Below, one piece after another: positions 19,691-28,819 of a stretch of 60,600 nt of DNA (position 1 is its first letter; the number at the start of each line of letters is the position of its first letter). The stretch lies in NCBI GenBank assembly GCA_964460305.1, contig CAYWRA010000003.1:1-60600 (forward strand), given 5' to 3'. The position numbers and the translations under genes are program-made. The notes under the pieces were generated by a model. That model was not told where the DNA came from, did no database searches, and saw only the letters and a list, made by a program, of their open reading frames with translations. The stretch is from an uncultured bacterium. GTDB taxonomy: Bacteria; Auribacterota; Tritonobacteria; UBA1439.

Positions 19691-19908
19691 GAATTGTCAT
19701 TTCTCTCTTGTGGCGAAACCCGTTAATGCCGTAAACTGGGAGCCTGCCTGAGTAATGGGCCCTGCCGCGCCGCCAGCCGTTTGCGAGCGGATCAAGGCGC
19801 AAGGTCGAAGGCGTATCCATTGTGATACGTCGAGGCCGCGGCAACGCACCCCAACGGAGCCCCTTTGGGGGAGACGCGACGCAACCGGCAGCGGCCCGGA
19901 GGTAAACC

Positions 19909-20829
19909 ATGCGTGTGTGCGCTATAGACATCGGATCCAATTCCGTTCGCTGCCTTGTCGCCGACGCCGCGCCGGGAGGGAGCATCTCTACAATCGAGCG
20001 CGGCCTTGAGATCACGCGCCTCGGCGAAGGGATGGGGAAAAAGCAGACGATCTCCCCCGAAGCGGGCGAGAGAACCACCGCCGCCGTGGTTCGATACGTG
20101 GAGCTCGGGCGGCGCGCCAGGGCGGAGAGCTTCCTGCTTTTCGGCACCGCCATCCTGCGCGAGGCCGACAATGCGCAATCGTTCGTCGACGGGGTCAGGG
20201 AAAAAACAGGCTACGAGATCCGGATACTTAGCGGCGAAGAGGAGGCGGAGTTCGTTTATCGCGGCGTCACGCGGGCGATCTCCCCTCCCCCATCCGATGC
20301 GCTGGTCATCGACATCGGCGGCGGGAGCGTCGAGTTCATCACTCAGGCAACAAAGGGGAACCTCGCCCTCAAAAGCATACCCATCGGCTGCGTGAGGATG
20401 ACGGAACGGTTCCTGCGCGCCGATCCTCCTAGGGCGGACGAGCTGACTTCACTCAGGGCGCACGTCGCTCGCATGCTCGTGCAAGAGGTGCCCCTAGGCG
20501 GCGCCCCGCCCGCGAGGCTCTTCGGGGCGGGCGGCACAATCACCACCGCGGCCTCTCTCATCCTCGGCCTCGCGCACTACGAGCCGGCGAAGATCCATGG
20601 CTGCGTGCTATCGCTCGCACAGGTCACTGGTCTCGCCGCGAAACTCTCCGCGATGCCTCTCGATGCGCGGAGGAAGGCGCCGGGGCTCGAAAAGAAAAGG
20701 GCCGACATCATCGTCGCCGGCCTCATCACCCTCCGACGCATCATGGAGTTCTACGGGCTCAATAAGATCACCGTGAGCGACGAGGGGATACTACATGGGG
20801 CAATTTTGGAATCGGCTGGCAGCCAGTAA
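19909..20829 (+). CDS. ppx: Exopolyphosphatase / pppGpp phosphohydrolase (short Ppx/GppA)
   Basis: AIDIGSNSVR, ILSGEEEA, DIGGGSVE, GAGGTITT, RADIIVAG, VSDEGILHG. Confidence 0.92.
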   Translation: MRVCAIDIGSNSVRCLVADAAPGGSISTIERGLEITRLGEGMGKKQTISPEAGERTTAAVVRYVELGRRARAESFLLFGTAILREADNAQSFVDGVREKTGYEIRILSGEEEAEFVYRGVTRAISPPPSDALVIDIGGGSVEFITQATKGNLALKSIPIGCVRMTERFLRADPPRADELTSLRAHVARMLVQEVPLGGAPPARLFGAGGTITTAASLILGLAHYEPAKIHGCVLSLAQVTGLAAKLSAMPLDARRKAPGLEKKRADIIVAGLITLRRIMEFYGLNKITVSDEGILHGAILESAGSQ

Positions 20830-20885
20830 AGTCCATGGTCGATAGCTGGTTTTACAGCGCATCGTTTTACTATCGACTATGGACT
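20830..20885. terminator. Inverted repeat between convergent ppx and argF (possible bidirectional terminator)
   Basis: agtccatggtcgatag ... ctatcgactatggact: 16-bp arms with one G-U pair. Confidence 0.5.
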
Positions 20886-20900
20886 GCTCAGGACCATGGA

Positions 20901-21833
20901 CTACTTCCCCAACAACAGCGCCATGATACCCTTCTGCACGTGGAGGCGATTCTCGGCCTGGTCGAAGATGATGGAGCCGGGGCCGTCGAGCACTTCATCC
21001 GTCGCCTCCTCTCCACGGTGGGCCGGGAGGCAATGCATCACCTTCGCACCCTTCTTCGCCTTTGTCATGAGGCGCTCATTGAGCTGGAACGGGGCAAATA
21101 TCTTTAGCCGCTTCTCCCTCTCCTGCTCCTGGCCCATGCTTGCCCAGACGTCGGTATAGATGATGTCGGCGCCGCTGACCGCCTTTGACGGGTCGCGCTC
21201 GATGGCGATCTTCGCCCCCTCCTTCTTCGAAGCGGCCCAGATCTCTCTATTTGGTTCGTAACCCGAGGGGGGACATATCGTGAAGGAGAAGTCGAGCTTC
21301 GCGGCGGTTTCGACCCAGGAATTAGCGACGTTGTTGCCGTCCCCGAGAAAAACGATCCTGACACCTTTCATCTTCGGCTTTGCGGGATCGAGCTTTAGGC
21401 GCTCCGCGATCGTGTAGATGTCGCCTAGGATCTGGCACGGATGACTCAGGTCGGTCAGGCCGTTTATCACGGGGATCGACGCATGGGCCGCAAGGTCGAC
21501 CACGTCCTGGTGCTTGAAGGTGCGGATCATGATACCGTTCAGGTATCGGGAGAGCGTTTTGGCCGTGTCCGAGATCGTCTCGCCTCGGCCGAGCTGGAGG
21601 TCGCCGGCCCCGAGATAGAGCGCGTGCCCGCCGAGCTGGAACATCCCCACCTCGAACGAGACGCGGGTGCGGGTCGACGGCTTATGGAAGATCATGCCGA
21701 GCGTTTTTCCCGCGAGCACCGGTGTCGGCTTCCCCTTCTTGAGCGCGTTCTTCAGGCGCTTCGTCTCGGCGAAGATTTCGAATATCTCGGCGCGCGATAG
21801 ATCGGATATGTTGATCAGGTCCTTGCTCTTCAT
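20901..21833 (-). CDS. argF: Ornithine carbamoyltransferase (canonical)
   Basis: STRTR, HPCQ, GDGNNVANS, the ornithine-binding DVWASMG motif, and HCLPAHRGEE. Confidence 0.93.
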   Translation of the reverse strand: MKSKDLINISDLSRAEIFEIFAETKRLKNALKKGKPTPVLAGKTLGMIFHKPSTRTRVSFEVGMFQLGGHALYLGAGDLQLGRGETISDTAKTLSRYLNGIMIRTFKHQDVVDLAAHASIPVINGLTDLSHPCQILGDIYTIAERLKLDPAKPKMKGVRIVFLGDGNNVANSWVETAAKLDFSFTICPPSGYEPNREIWAASKKEGAKIAIERDPSKAVSGADIIYTDVWASMGQEQEREKRLKIFAPFQLNERLMTKAKKGAKVMHCLPAHRGEEATDEVLDGPGSIIFDQAENRLHVQKGIMALLLGK

Positions 21834-21891
21834 CTACTCCTCCGGAAAAATCCCAAATCCCAAATCCCAAATCCCAAACCCTAATGTCGTA

Positions 21892-23130
21892 TTACTCAAT
21901 CCCCGCGGTGGCGATCGCCTTTTTCAGGCTGTCAAGCTCCGGCTCGATGGAGATGGTTTGACCGGCTATCTTCATGGCGGTATCGACATCTTTAAGTCCG
22001 TTCCCGGTGATCAGGCATACAACCCTCTCCGATCCCGAGAGCTTCCCGTCGGCGATGAGTTTCTTCAACCCCGCAACGCTTGTCGCCCCCGCCGGCTCCG
22101 CAAATATCCCGGACGTGCGGGCGAGCAGCGGTATCGCGTCCAGGATCTCCTGGTCGCTCACCGTTATCGCCATACCCTTCGACTCTTTCACCGCGCGCAC
22201 CGCCATGTCGCCGTCCCTCGGGAGATCGACGGATATGCTGTCGGCGACCGTCGTGGCCTTGACCGGATGGATCACGCCGTCTCCGTTCACCGCGTTCGCC
22301 ACGGCGTTGCTCTTATCGGACTGCACCGCCACAAGCGCCGGCAGGCTATGGATCAGTCCCACACCGTGCAGGTCTTTGAAGCCCTTCCATATACCGCTGA
22401 TGATGTTGCCGTCGCCGACGGGCACAAGCACGAGATCGGGGACCTCCCAGTTCAACTGCTCGCATATCTCGAAGGAGCAACTCTTCTTCCCCTCGCGCGT
22501 ATAGGGATTGTAACCGGTGTTCCGGTTGTACCAGCCGTATTCCGCTGTCGCCTCGAGGCACAGATCGAATGCGTCATCGTACGACCCCTTCACGGCGAAC
22601 ACCTTCGCGCCGAAGATGAGGAGCTGGGCGATCTTCGCCTTCGGGGCGGTCTCGGGGACGAAAATGATCGGGCTCAGGCCGATGCTTGCGCAGAGACACG
22701 CGGTCGATGACGCGGCATTGCCGGTTGAGGCGCCGCATATCTTGTCGAAGCCGAGCTCCACCGCTTTCGCCACCGCGACGGAGCTCGCCCGGTCCTTGAA
22801 AGACGCGCTCGGGTTTCTCCCGTCATCCTTGAGGAGGATCTTTGGCATCCCCAGGAGATGGCCAAGCGCCTCGGCGCGATAGAGCGGGCTCCACCCTATC
22901 GAGAGAGGCATGATCGTGGAATAGTCTTCCAGTGGATAGAGATCCCAGTAACGCCAGACGGAGAAATCGGTGTTCTCCGCCAGGGTCTCGCGCGTGAGCT
23001 TCTTGCGGATGGCGCCGTAGTCGTAGACGACGTCGAGGTTTTTCCCACAGCGGTCGCACACGTAGCGCATGCCGCGCGGCTCAAACTCCCGGCCGCAGCC
23101 GGTACATTTCAATCCGAGGACGTTGTGCAT
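21892..23130 (-). CDS. thrC: Threonine synthase-family PLP enzyme (fold type II)
   Basis: N-terminal CxxC Zn ribbon, NPSASFKDR (PLP Lys), ASTGNAA, PVGDGNII, EPAGA and TGNGLKD. The true substrate is uncertain. Confidence 0.75.
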   Translation of the reverse strand: MHNVLGLKCTGCGREFEPRGMRYVCDRCGKNLDVVYDYGAIRKKLTRETLAENTDFSVWRYWDLYPLEDYSTIMPLSIGWSPLYRAEALGHLLGMPKILLKDDGRNPSASFKDRASSVAVAKAVELGFDKICGASTGNAASSTACLCASIGLSPIIFVPETAPKAKIAQLLIFGAKVFAVKGSYDDAFDLCLEATAEYGWYNRNTGYNPYTREGKKSCSFEICEQLNWEVPDLVLVPVGDGNIISGIWKGFKDLHGVGLIHSLPALVAVQSDKSNAVANAVNGDGVIHPVKATTVADSISVDLPRDGDMAVRAVKESKGMAITVSDQEILDAIPLLARTSGIFAEPAGATSVAGLKKLIADGKLSGSERVVCLITGNGLKDVDTAMKIAGQTISIEPELDSLKKAIATAGIE

Positions 23131-23143
23131 TGGTCTTCGCCCG

Positions 23144-24115
23144 TTATTCCTTCACCGGGTCCGGAACGATCCGCGTTCCCGCTTTCCCGATGAGGGCGTC
23201 GACCGCTTTGTCCAGACTGGTGATGATGGCGCACTCGCCGCCCCATTCGACAAACCGGATGCAGGCCAGCACTTTCGGCCCCATGCTCCCCGCTTTGAAA
23301 TGCCCCTCCTTGTAGAGCTTTTTCATTTCTGAGAGAGTGACGTTTCTTACCGGCTTTTCCTGAGGGGTCCCGAAGTTGATCCGCGCGGCATCCACGTCCG
23401 TGAGGACGAGGAAAATGTCGGCGCCGACGACCTCAGCGAGGCGCTCCCCCGCCTTGTCCTTGTCAATGACGGCCGCGGTCCCCCGAAGGTTGTCGTTTTT
23501 ATCGTACACCACCGGCACGCCGCCGCCGCCAGAGGCGATGACGACGATCCCCGAATCCACCATCCGCCGTACGGCGACGTACTCCATGTTCCTGATCGGG
23601 TCGGGAGAAGCCACGACGCGCCGAAACCGTTTCGCGACGCTCTTCGGCTTGACCTCCTTGATCACGTAGTCAGGCCGCTCCTTCTTTATCCGGGCGGCTT
23701 CTTCCTCGGTATAGAACGGGCCCACGGGCTTTGTCGGGTCCTGATAGTCCGGATCGTCCTCGCTCACGAGCACCTGGTTCACGATGGATACCACGGGGAG
23801 CGGGAGCTTCTCCTTCCAGAGCATGTTCTGCATCGTCTGCTGGAACATGTAGCCGATCTGCCCCTGCGTCATCGCCCCTACTATGTCAAGCGGCTGCGCT
23901 GGCACCTCGTCGGTAGCGGCCTCCTGCTGGAGGAGCAAGTTCCCCGCCTGCGGGCCGTTGCCGTGGGTGATCACGAGCCTGTGTCCGAACTTCAACATGC
24001 TCACAAGCTGGGCTGAGGTGATCTCGACGTTCCTGAACTGTTCTTCGGCCGTGCCCTTCTCGTCGGCCTGCTTGATCGCGTTGCCTCCCAACGCCACCAC
24101 AATCACTTTTCTCAT
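23144..24115 (-). CDS. arcC: Carbamate kinase
   Basis: VVALGGNAI, THGNGPQAG, PTKPVGPFY, RRVVASP, GGGGVPV, AVIDKD, GSMGPKV. Confidence 0.95.
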   Translation of the reverse strand: MRKVIVVALGGNAIKQADEKGTAEEQFRNVEITSAQLVSMLKFGHRLVITHGNGPQAGNLLLQQEAATDEVPAQPLDIVGAMTQGQIGYMFQQTMQNMLWKEKLPLPVVSIVNQVLVSEDDPDYQDPTKPVGPFYTEEEAARIKKERPDYVIKEVKPKSVAKRFRRVVASPDPIRNMEYVAVRRMVDSGIVVIASGGGGVPVVYDKNDNLRGTAAVIDKDKAGERLAEVVGADIFLVLTDVDAARINFGTPQEKPVRNVTLSEMKKLYKEGHFKAGSMGPKVLACIRFVEWGGECAIITSLDKAVDALIGKAGTRIVPDPVKE

Positions 24116-24182
24116 CGTGAACCTACCTCCTTATTGGAAATCCCAAGGGAAAAATCCCAAACCCCAAATCCCAATATCAGCG

Positions 24183-24461
24183 TCATCCCCCGCGTGGGGG
24201 GCGCGTGCCGGAACCGCCGGACTTTCTCTTCTGTATGCGAGCGGAGATCGCCCAACTGCCGCACACAAGGACGATGGTTGCCACCACAAAACTCAGAATC
24301 TGAACCGACACTCTGAATCGGTACACCGCCTCCACCAACGCGATAACGGCCGCGAGCCCGAGATAGAACAGATATGAACCCATTTTCATCCATGCGCCCA
24401 ACATCAATAGCGCCGTCAGGATGCTCCAAACGAGCCAGTGCTGCACCATACATGGATCCAT
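24183..24461 (-). CDS. Small membrane protein resembling the NfeD/YbbJ N-terminal TM region
   Basis: Three hydrophobic segments (WLVWSILTALLMLG, YLFYLGLAAVIA, QILSFVVATIVLV) and a basic tail; GGGA RBS. Confidence 0.5.
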   Translation of the reverse strand: MDPCMVQHWLVWSILTALLMLGAWMKMGSYLFYLGLAAVIALVEAVYRFRVSVQILSFVVATIVLVCGSWAISARIQKRKSGGSGTRPPRGG

Positions 24462-24551
24462 ATCGGTTTCCCCGGACGCGGCGAAAACAGCCAAAAGCTG
24501 AAAGTGTAAAGATCAGCGCTCTTACTTCACGAGAGGTCAGTTTCGGTAGGG

Positions 24552-24601
24552 TCTCCCCCCTCCCAAATCCTCCCCCTTTGAAGGAGGAGGATTTGGCGGG
24601 G
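24552..24601. repeat. GC-rich palindrome (CCTCCCCCTTTGAAGGAGGAGG type)
   Basis: ccaaatcctccccctttgaaggaggaggatttgg hairpin. Confidence 0.65.
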
Positions 24602-24654
24602 GTGATTACCACAACAACCGTCCCATCCTCCACTTCAAGCTTTCGACTTTAAAC

Positions 24655-25677
24655 TTACGGCCGTAGCTTGGCCATTGTGAGCGCCATGATCGCCTTCTGG
24701 ACGTGCAGGCGGTTCTCAGCGACGTCGTAGATGATCGAGCGCGGCCCGCTTGCGACCTCGTCGGTCACTTCGTGACCGCGGTCGATCGGCATCGGGTGGG
24801 TGAACAGCGCGTTGTTGCTGAGCTTCATCTTTGCAGCGTCACAGATCCACTCCGTGTACTTCAGCGCCTTTTCGATCTCGCCGGCCTTGTTGAACTCGCC
24901 CGAGTCGTAGGCGTGGGGGGTCATCCAGTTGCGGGAATACACAACGTCGGCTCCCTTGTAGCCTTCGCGCGGGTCATGGGTGACGTTAAACTTCGCCTTG
25001 TTATCGGCACAGTTCTTTTTTACCTGCTCGATCACCGCTGGATCGAGGTCGTACCCATCGGGGTGAGCGAGCGTAACGTCCATGCCGAGACGGGAACAGA
25101 TGAGGATGCTTTCCTGGACCGAGCACCATGACCGGGCGAGCGCCCCGTGACCCCATACCTGAAGCAGCTTCTTTCCCTTCAGGTTCTTGCCGATGTGCTT
25201 CCTGAGCCCCATGACGTCCGCAAGCCCCTGGCAGGGATGAAATTTGTCGTGCGCCATACTGATGATCGGGATGTCGGACCATTTGGCGTACTCGCGGAGC
25301 AGCTCGTCACCCTCACCGTACCTGCTCACCTTGTCCTCGAGTATCCGTATACCGAGGCCGCATGCGTAGCGGCTCATCACCTTCGCCGCATCCTCAACCG
25401 TCTCGCCTGCGGTCGTCGCGGTCTTCAGCCTCATCGACTTGGGCTCGAGGAACTGCGCGTGGCCGCCCAGCTCCGTCGCGGCGCACTCGAAACTCTGGCG
25501 CGTGCGGACCGACGGGTTGTAGAAAAACATGAAGAACGTTTTGTTCAGCAAAAGCTTCGTATATTTCTTGTCATAGCGCTTCTTGCGCATCTGCTCGGCC
25601 AATTCAAGGACCTTGATCAGCTCCTTTACCGACCATTCCTGCGTGCACACCAGATCTCTTCCCGTTAAATCTGCCAT
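24655..25677 (-). CDS. Atypical transcarbamylase (AOTCase/YgeW-like subfamily), paralog 2
   Basis: NPSVRTRQSFE, HPCQ and AENRLHVQKA are present. There is no DxxxSMG motif, and HPMP replaces HCLP. Confidence 0.85.
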   Translation of the reverse strand: MADLTGRDLVCTQEWSVKELIKVLELAEQMRKKRYDKKYTKLLLNKTFFMFFYNPSVRTRQSFECAATELGGHAQFLEPKSMRLKTATTAGETVEDAAKVMSRYACGLGIRILEDKVSRYGEGDELLREYAKWSDIPIISMAHDKFHPCQGLADVMGLRKHIGKNLKGKKLLQVWGHGALARSWCSVQESILICSRLGMDVTLAHPDGYDLDPAVIEQVKKNCADNKAKFNVTHDPREGYKGADVVYSRNWMTPHAYDSGEFNKAGEIEKALKYTEWICDAAKMKLSNNALFTHPMPIDRGHEVTDEVASGPRSIIYDVAENRLHVQKAIMALTMAKLRP

Positions 25678-25811
25678 GTGTCTTTCACCTCTCCTCTCTG
25701 AATTATGGTTGATTGGCGCCCGTCCGCCCACGGCCCACAAAGCACAGGTGGTAAGCACATCCGCTTACCACCTGTCGCTCTTTCGGGAACTCTACTCTAT
25801 CACTGCCGCTC

Positions 25812-26807
25812 TCACATCGTCAACGCCATAATGGCCTTCTGGACGTGCAGGCGGTTTTCCGCCTCGTCATTCACGATGGAGATATTCGGATCGTCGATGA
25901 GATCATCGGTCACTTCCTTACCGCGCTTCGCGGGCAGGCAGTGCATGTAGACGGCCCGCGGATTGGCCGCCTTGAAATGCTTGTGGGAAATGCACCAATC
26001 CTTTGCGTACTTCGGCCCCTTCTCGGCGTGGACGTCCGGCTTACGGGCCCAGCTCTTACAGTAGATCACGTCGGCGCCCTTGCAGGCCTTCCATATATCA
26101 TGCTCCACCGTGATTTTCCCGCCGGATGCCTTTGCGGCGTCCTGGGCGAACTTCAAGTACTCGGGGTCTATGTCGTAACAGCCCGCCTCGTCCGGGTAGG
26201 CCAGGACGATGTTCATTCCAAGGATGCCGCCGGCCACGACCATGGTCTGCGGCACTCCCGCCGACTTGTCCCTATCGTCCCACGCCCATCCCATGACGAC
26301 CTTTTTCTCCTTATACTCCTGGCCGAACTTCTCTCTCATCGTCATTATATCGGCCATGATCTGGCAGGGGTGCTCTTTGTCGTCGAGCATGTTGAGAACC
26401 GGGATGCCCGCATCCTTTGCGATGGCGCAGAGCACTTCCCTGGCGTCGCCGTAGTCGTACTTCTCGGCGCCCATCTGGGCCTTCAAATTGTAGAGCCGGA
26501 TGGCAAAACCGTCAATGAACCGGCTGATCATCTCGGCCGTGTCTTTCCACGACTCTTTGTTTTTGAGCTGGAGCTGCTCGGGGCTGTAGTATTGAGCATG
26601 CCCGCCGAGCTGCGTCATACCCGTTTCAAACGAGATGCGCGTCCTGGTAGAAGGCGACGCGAAAAGCATTCCAAGCGTTTTCCCCTTGAGGAGTTCGTGC
26701 GTTTCGCCGATAGCCCACTTCATCTTGAGATACTGGGCCACCTCGAAAATGCTCTCGAGTTCCTCCAGGTTGTAATCCATTATGCTGATGAAATCCTTAC
26801 CCCTCAT
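25812..26807 (-). CDS. Atypical transcarbamylase (YgeW/AOTCase-like subfamily), paralog 1
   Basis: SPSTRTRISFE, HPCQ, WAWDDRDKSAGVPQ (compare YgeW WAYSPSYGKPLSVPQ), YCKSW and HCLPAKRG; no SMG motif. Confidence 0.85.
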   Translation of the reverse strand: MRGKDFISIMDYNLEELESIFEVAQYLKMKWAIGETHELLKGKTLGMLFASPSTRTRISFETGMTQLGGHAQYYSPEQLQLKNKESWKDTAEMISRFIDGFAIRLYNLKAQMGAEKYDYGDAREVLCAIAKDAGIPVLNMLDDKEHPCQIMADIMTMREKFGQEYKEKKVVMGWAWDDRDKSAGVPQTMVVAGGILGMNIVLAYPDEAGCYDIDPEYLKFAQDAAKASGGKITVEHDIWKACKGADVIYCKSWARKPDVHAEKGPKYAKDWCISHKHFKAANPRAVYMHCLPAKRGKEVTDDLIDDPNISIVNDEAENRLHVQKAIMALTM

Positions 26808-26902
26808 CCTTCTGGTAATCACCGCACCAACCTCCTTTCTCAGAGTGTGCCAGACACCCTCATTCTGCAACACATCCGCTCTCAATACTATAATAGCTGG
26901 GA

Positions 26903-27009
26903 AGTTTACGTGATACCGGGCCAGCCTGTCAATCAAAAATCAATGACACCAAAAATCAATGACAATTCACGCGAAAACTTTTGACTTACCCCTCTTCATT
27001 TGTTAGCGT
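26903..27009. promoter_or_regulatory. Back-to-back sigma70-like promoters separated by a tandem 15-bp direct repeat
   Basis: Minus strand: TTGACA-N18-TAAACT (26932 to 26903). Plus strand: TTGACT-N17-TAGCGT with an extended TG (26981-27009). CAAAAATCAATGACA occurs at 26934-26948 and 26950-26964. Confidence 0.55.
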
Positions 27010-27077
27010 AATCCCCTTTATGCCACAATTGTCGGCGGCGCGAGGATGCCCGCAAACCACACATACGGAGGAGCGAC

Positions 27078-28553
27078 ATGATCGATCTGCGGATTGACAA
27101 AAAGAAGCTTGAAAAAGCGGTGCGGCAGTGCAAGGAGCGCAATGTCATCATCCCGACGTTCAAGGAGCAGCGGGACCCCGATTCCATACCGGCCAAAATA
27201 AAGCAGCGCCTGAAAAAGATCGGCCTATGGGATTTCGATTCCACCAACCTCTTTAGAATCACCTGGAAAAACGAGCCTGTCCCGAAAGGCGGCCTCTTCG
27301 ACGGCGTGAACTACCTCGAACTCCCCAGAGAGATCACCGGCACCAACGCCAGGATCATCTGCCTCACGGGCAAATGGTTTCCCACGGGCGCGCATAAGGT
27401 AGGGGCCAGCTTTGGCTGCCTCGTCCCCAGGCTCGTCACCGGCCAGTTCGACCCCACTTCGCAGAAGGCGGTCTGGCCGTCAACGGGCAACTACTGCCGA
27501 GGCGGGGCGTACGACTCCCACCTGCTCGGTTGCGAGTCCATCGCCATCCTCCCCGAGGAGATGAGCAAGGAGCGGTTCGAATGGCTGAAGCAGGTCGCGG
27601 GCGAAGTCATCGCCACTCCCGGTTGCGAATCGAACGTGAAGGAGATCTACGACAAGTGCTGGGAGCTCAGGAAGACCCGCAAGGACGACATCGTTATCTT
27701 CAACCAGTTCGACGAGATGGGAAACCACCTCTGGCACTACGAGATCACCGGCCATGCAATGGAAGAGGTGCTCAAAAAAGAGATGAAGAAGGGCGACCGG
27801 TACGCGGGCGTCGTCCTTACGACCGGTTCCGCTGGCACAATCGGATGCGGCGATTACATGAAGAAAATATTCCCGACCAGCAAGATCGCCGCGGGCGAGG
27901 CCTGGCAGTGCCCGACGCTCCTTCTCAACGGTTTCGGCGGACACCGGATCGAGGGGATCGGCGACAAACACGTCCCGTGGATCCATAACGTGCGCAACAC
28001 AGACTTGGTGATAGACGCGGATGACGAGAACTGCATGAACATCATCCGGCTCTTCAACGAGCCCGTGGGGAGGAAATACCTCCAGAAGCAGGGCGTCTCC
28101 AGAGAGCTGACCGACAAGCTCGGCCTCATCGGCATCTCCGGCGTGGGAAACATCCTCTGCTCCATCAAGTTCGCCAAGTGGTACGAGCTGACTGAGAGGG
28201 ACATCGTCCTCACGGTACTCACCGACTCGATGGAGCTCTACGGCAGCCGCATCAAAGAGCTAAAGGCGCAGTTCGGCGAGTACAAGGAACTGGACGCCGC
28301 GAGGGATTACCACCGCTATCTTATGGCGCTCAAAACCGACAGGATGCTTGAGCTATCGTTCCAGGACCGGAAGAGGGTCCACAACCTCAAGTACTACACC
28401 TGGATCGAGCAGCAGGGGCGCGAGCTTAGCGAGCTAAACGAGCAGTGGTACAGGTTCCCCGCATACTGGGAAGAGGTCCATAACCAGGTCGGCCAGATCG
28501 ACGAGCTCATCAACGAGTTCAACGATCGGACCGGTTTGTTGAAGAATCTCTGA
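27078..28553 (+). CDS. PLP-dependent enzyme, fold type II (cysteine synthase / Trp synthase beta superfamily), uncharacterised ~490-aa subfamily
   Basis: FPTGAHKVGA (Schiff-base Lys), PSTGNYCRGGA, TTGSAGTIG, HRIEGIGD; GGAGGAG RBS. Confidence 0.85.
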   Translation: MIDLRIDKKKLEKAVRQCKERNVIIPTFKEQRDPDSIPAKIKQRLKKIGLWDFDSTNLFRITWKNEPVPKGGLFDGVNYLELPREITGTNARIICLTGKWFPTGAHKVGASFGCLVPRLVTGQFDPTSQKAVWPSTGNYCRGGAYDSHLLGCESIAILPEEMSKERFEWLKQVAGEVIATPGCESNVKEIYDKCWELRKTRKDDIVIFNQFDEMGNHLWHYEITGHAMEEVLKKEMKKGDRYAGVVLTTGSAGTIGCGDYMKKIFPTSKIAAGEAWQCPTLLLNGFGGHRIEGIGDKHVPWIHNVRNTDLVIDADDENCMNIIRLFNEPVGRKYLQKQGVSRELTDKLGLIGISGVGNILCSIKFAKWYELTERDIVLTVLTDSMELYGSRIKELKAQFGEYKELDAARDYHRYLMALKTDRMLELSFQDRKRVHNLKYYTWIEQQGRELSELNEQWYRFPAYWEEVHNQVGQIDELINEFNDRTGLLKNL

Positions 28554-28568
28554 GCCAAACGATCTTCA

Positions 28569-28610
28569 CCTCCACCCTCCCCCCTCCGAGGGGGAGGGCT
28601 GGGGAGGGGG
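28569..28610. repeat. GC-rich palindrome (CCCTCCCCC..GGGGAGGG type)
   Basis: cctccaccctcccccctccgagggggagggctggggaggggg, directly after the stop codon. Confidence 0.65.
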
Positions 28611-28819
28611 GCTACCTTCCCGAGACTGATACGGGCCGTTTTTTTGTTCCTCTTTCTCTCTTTTACTCTTTGTGAAAGTGTTACTATTCTTTCCTCCGTG
28701 TTCTGCCACCCTTGGCCCCCCGGCAATTGCACATGATCCGCGATGATGCTATCATTACTCCGTGGGAGGGTGAAGATTAACACGTCGGCGACGACGGTCA
28801 CCGGACGGTGGAAACCGAA

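Noticed and set aside
20901-24115. Classical arginine deiminase (arc) operon
   Set aside because: No arcA or arcD is in the window, and the extra paralogs and PLP enzymes do not fit ADI.
24112-24633. 173-aa ORF upstream of arcC
   Set aside because: It is built from palindrome and heptamer translations (GGFGRGE, LGFGVWDF) and overlaps a better small membrane ORF.
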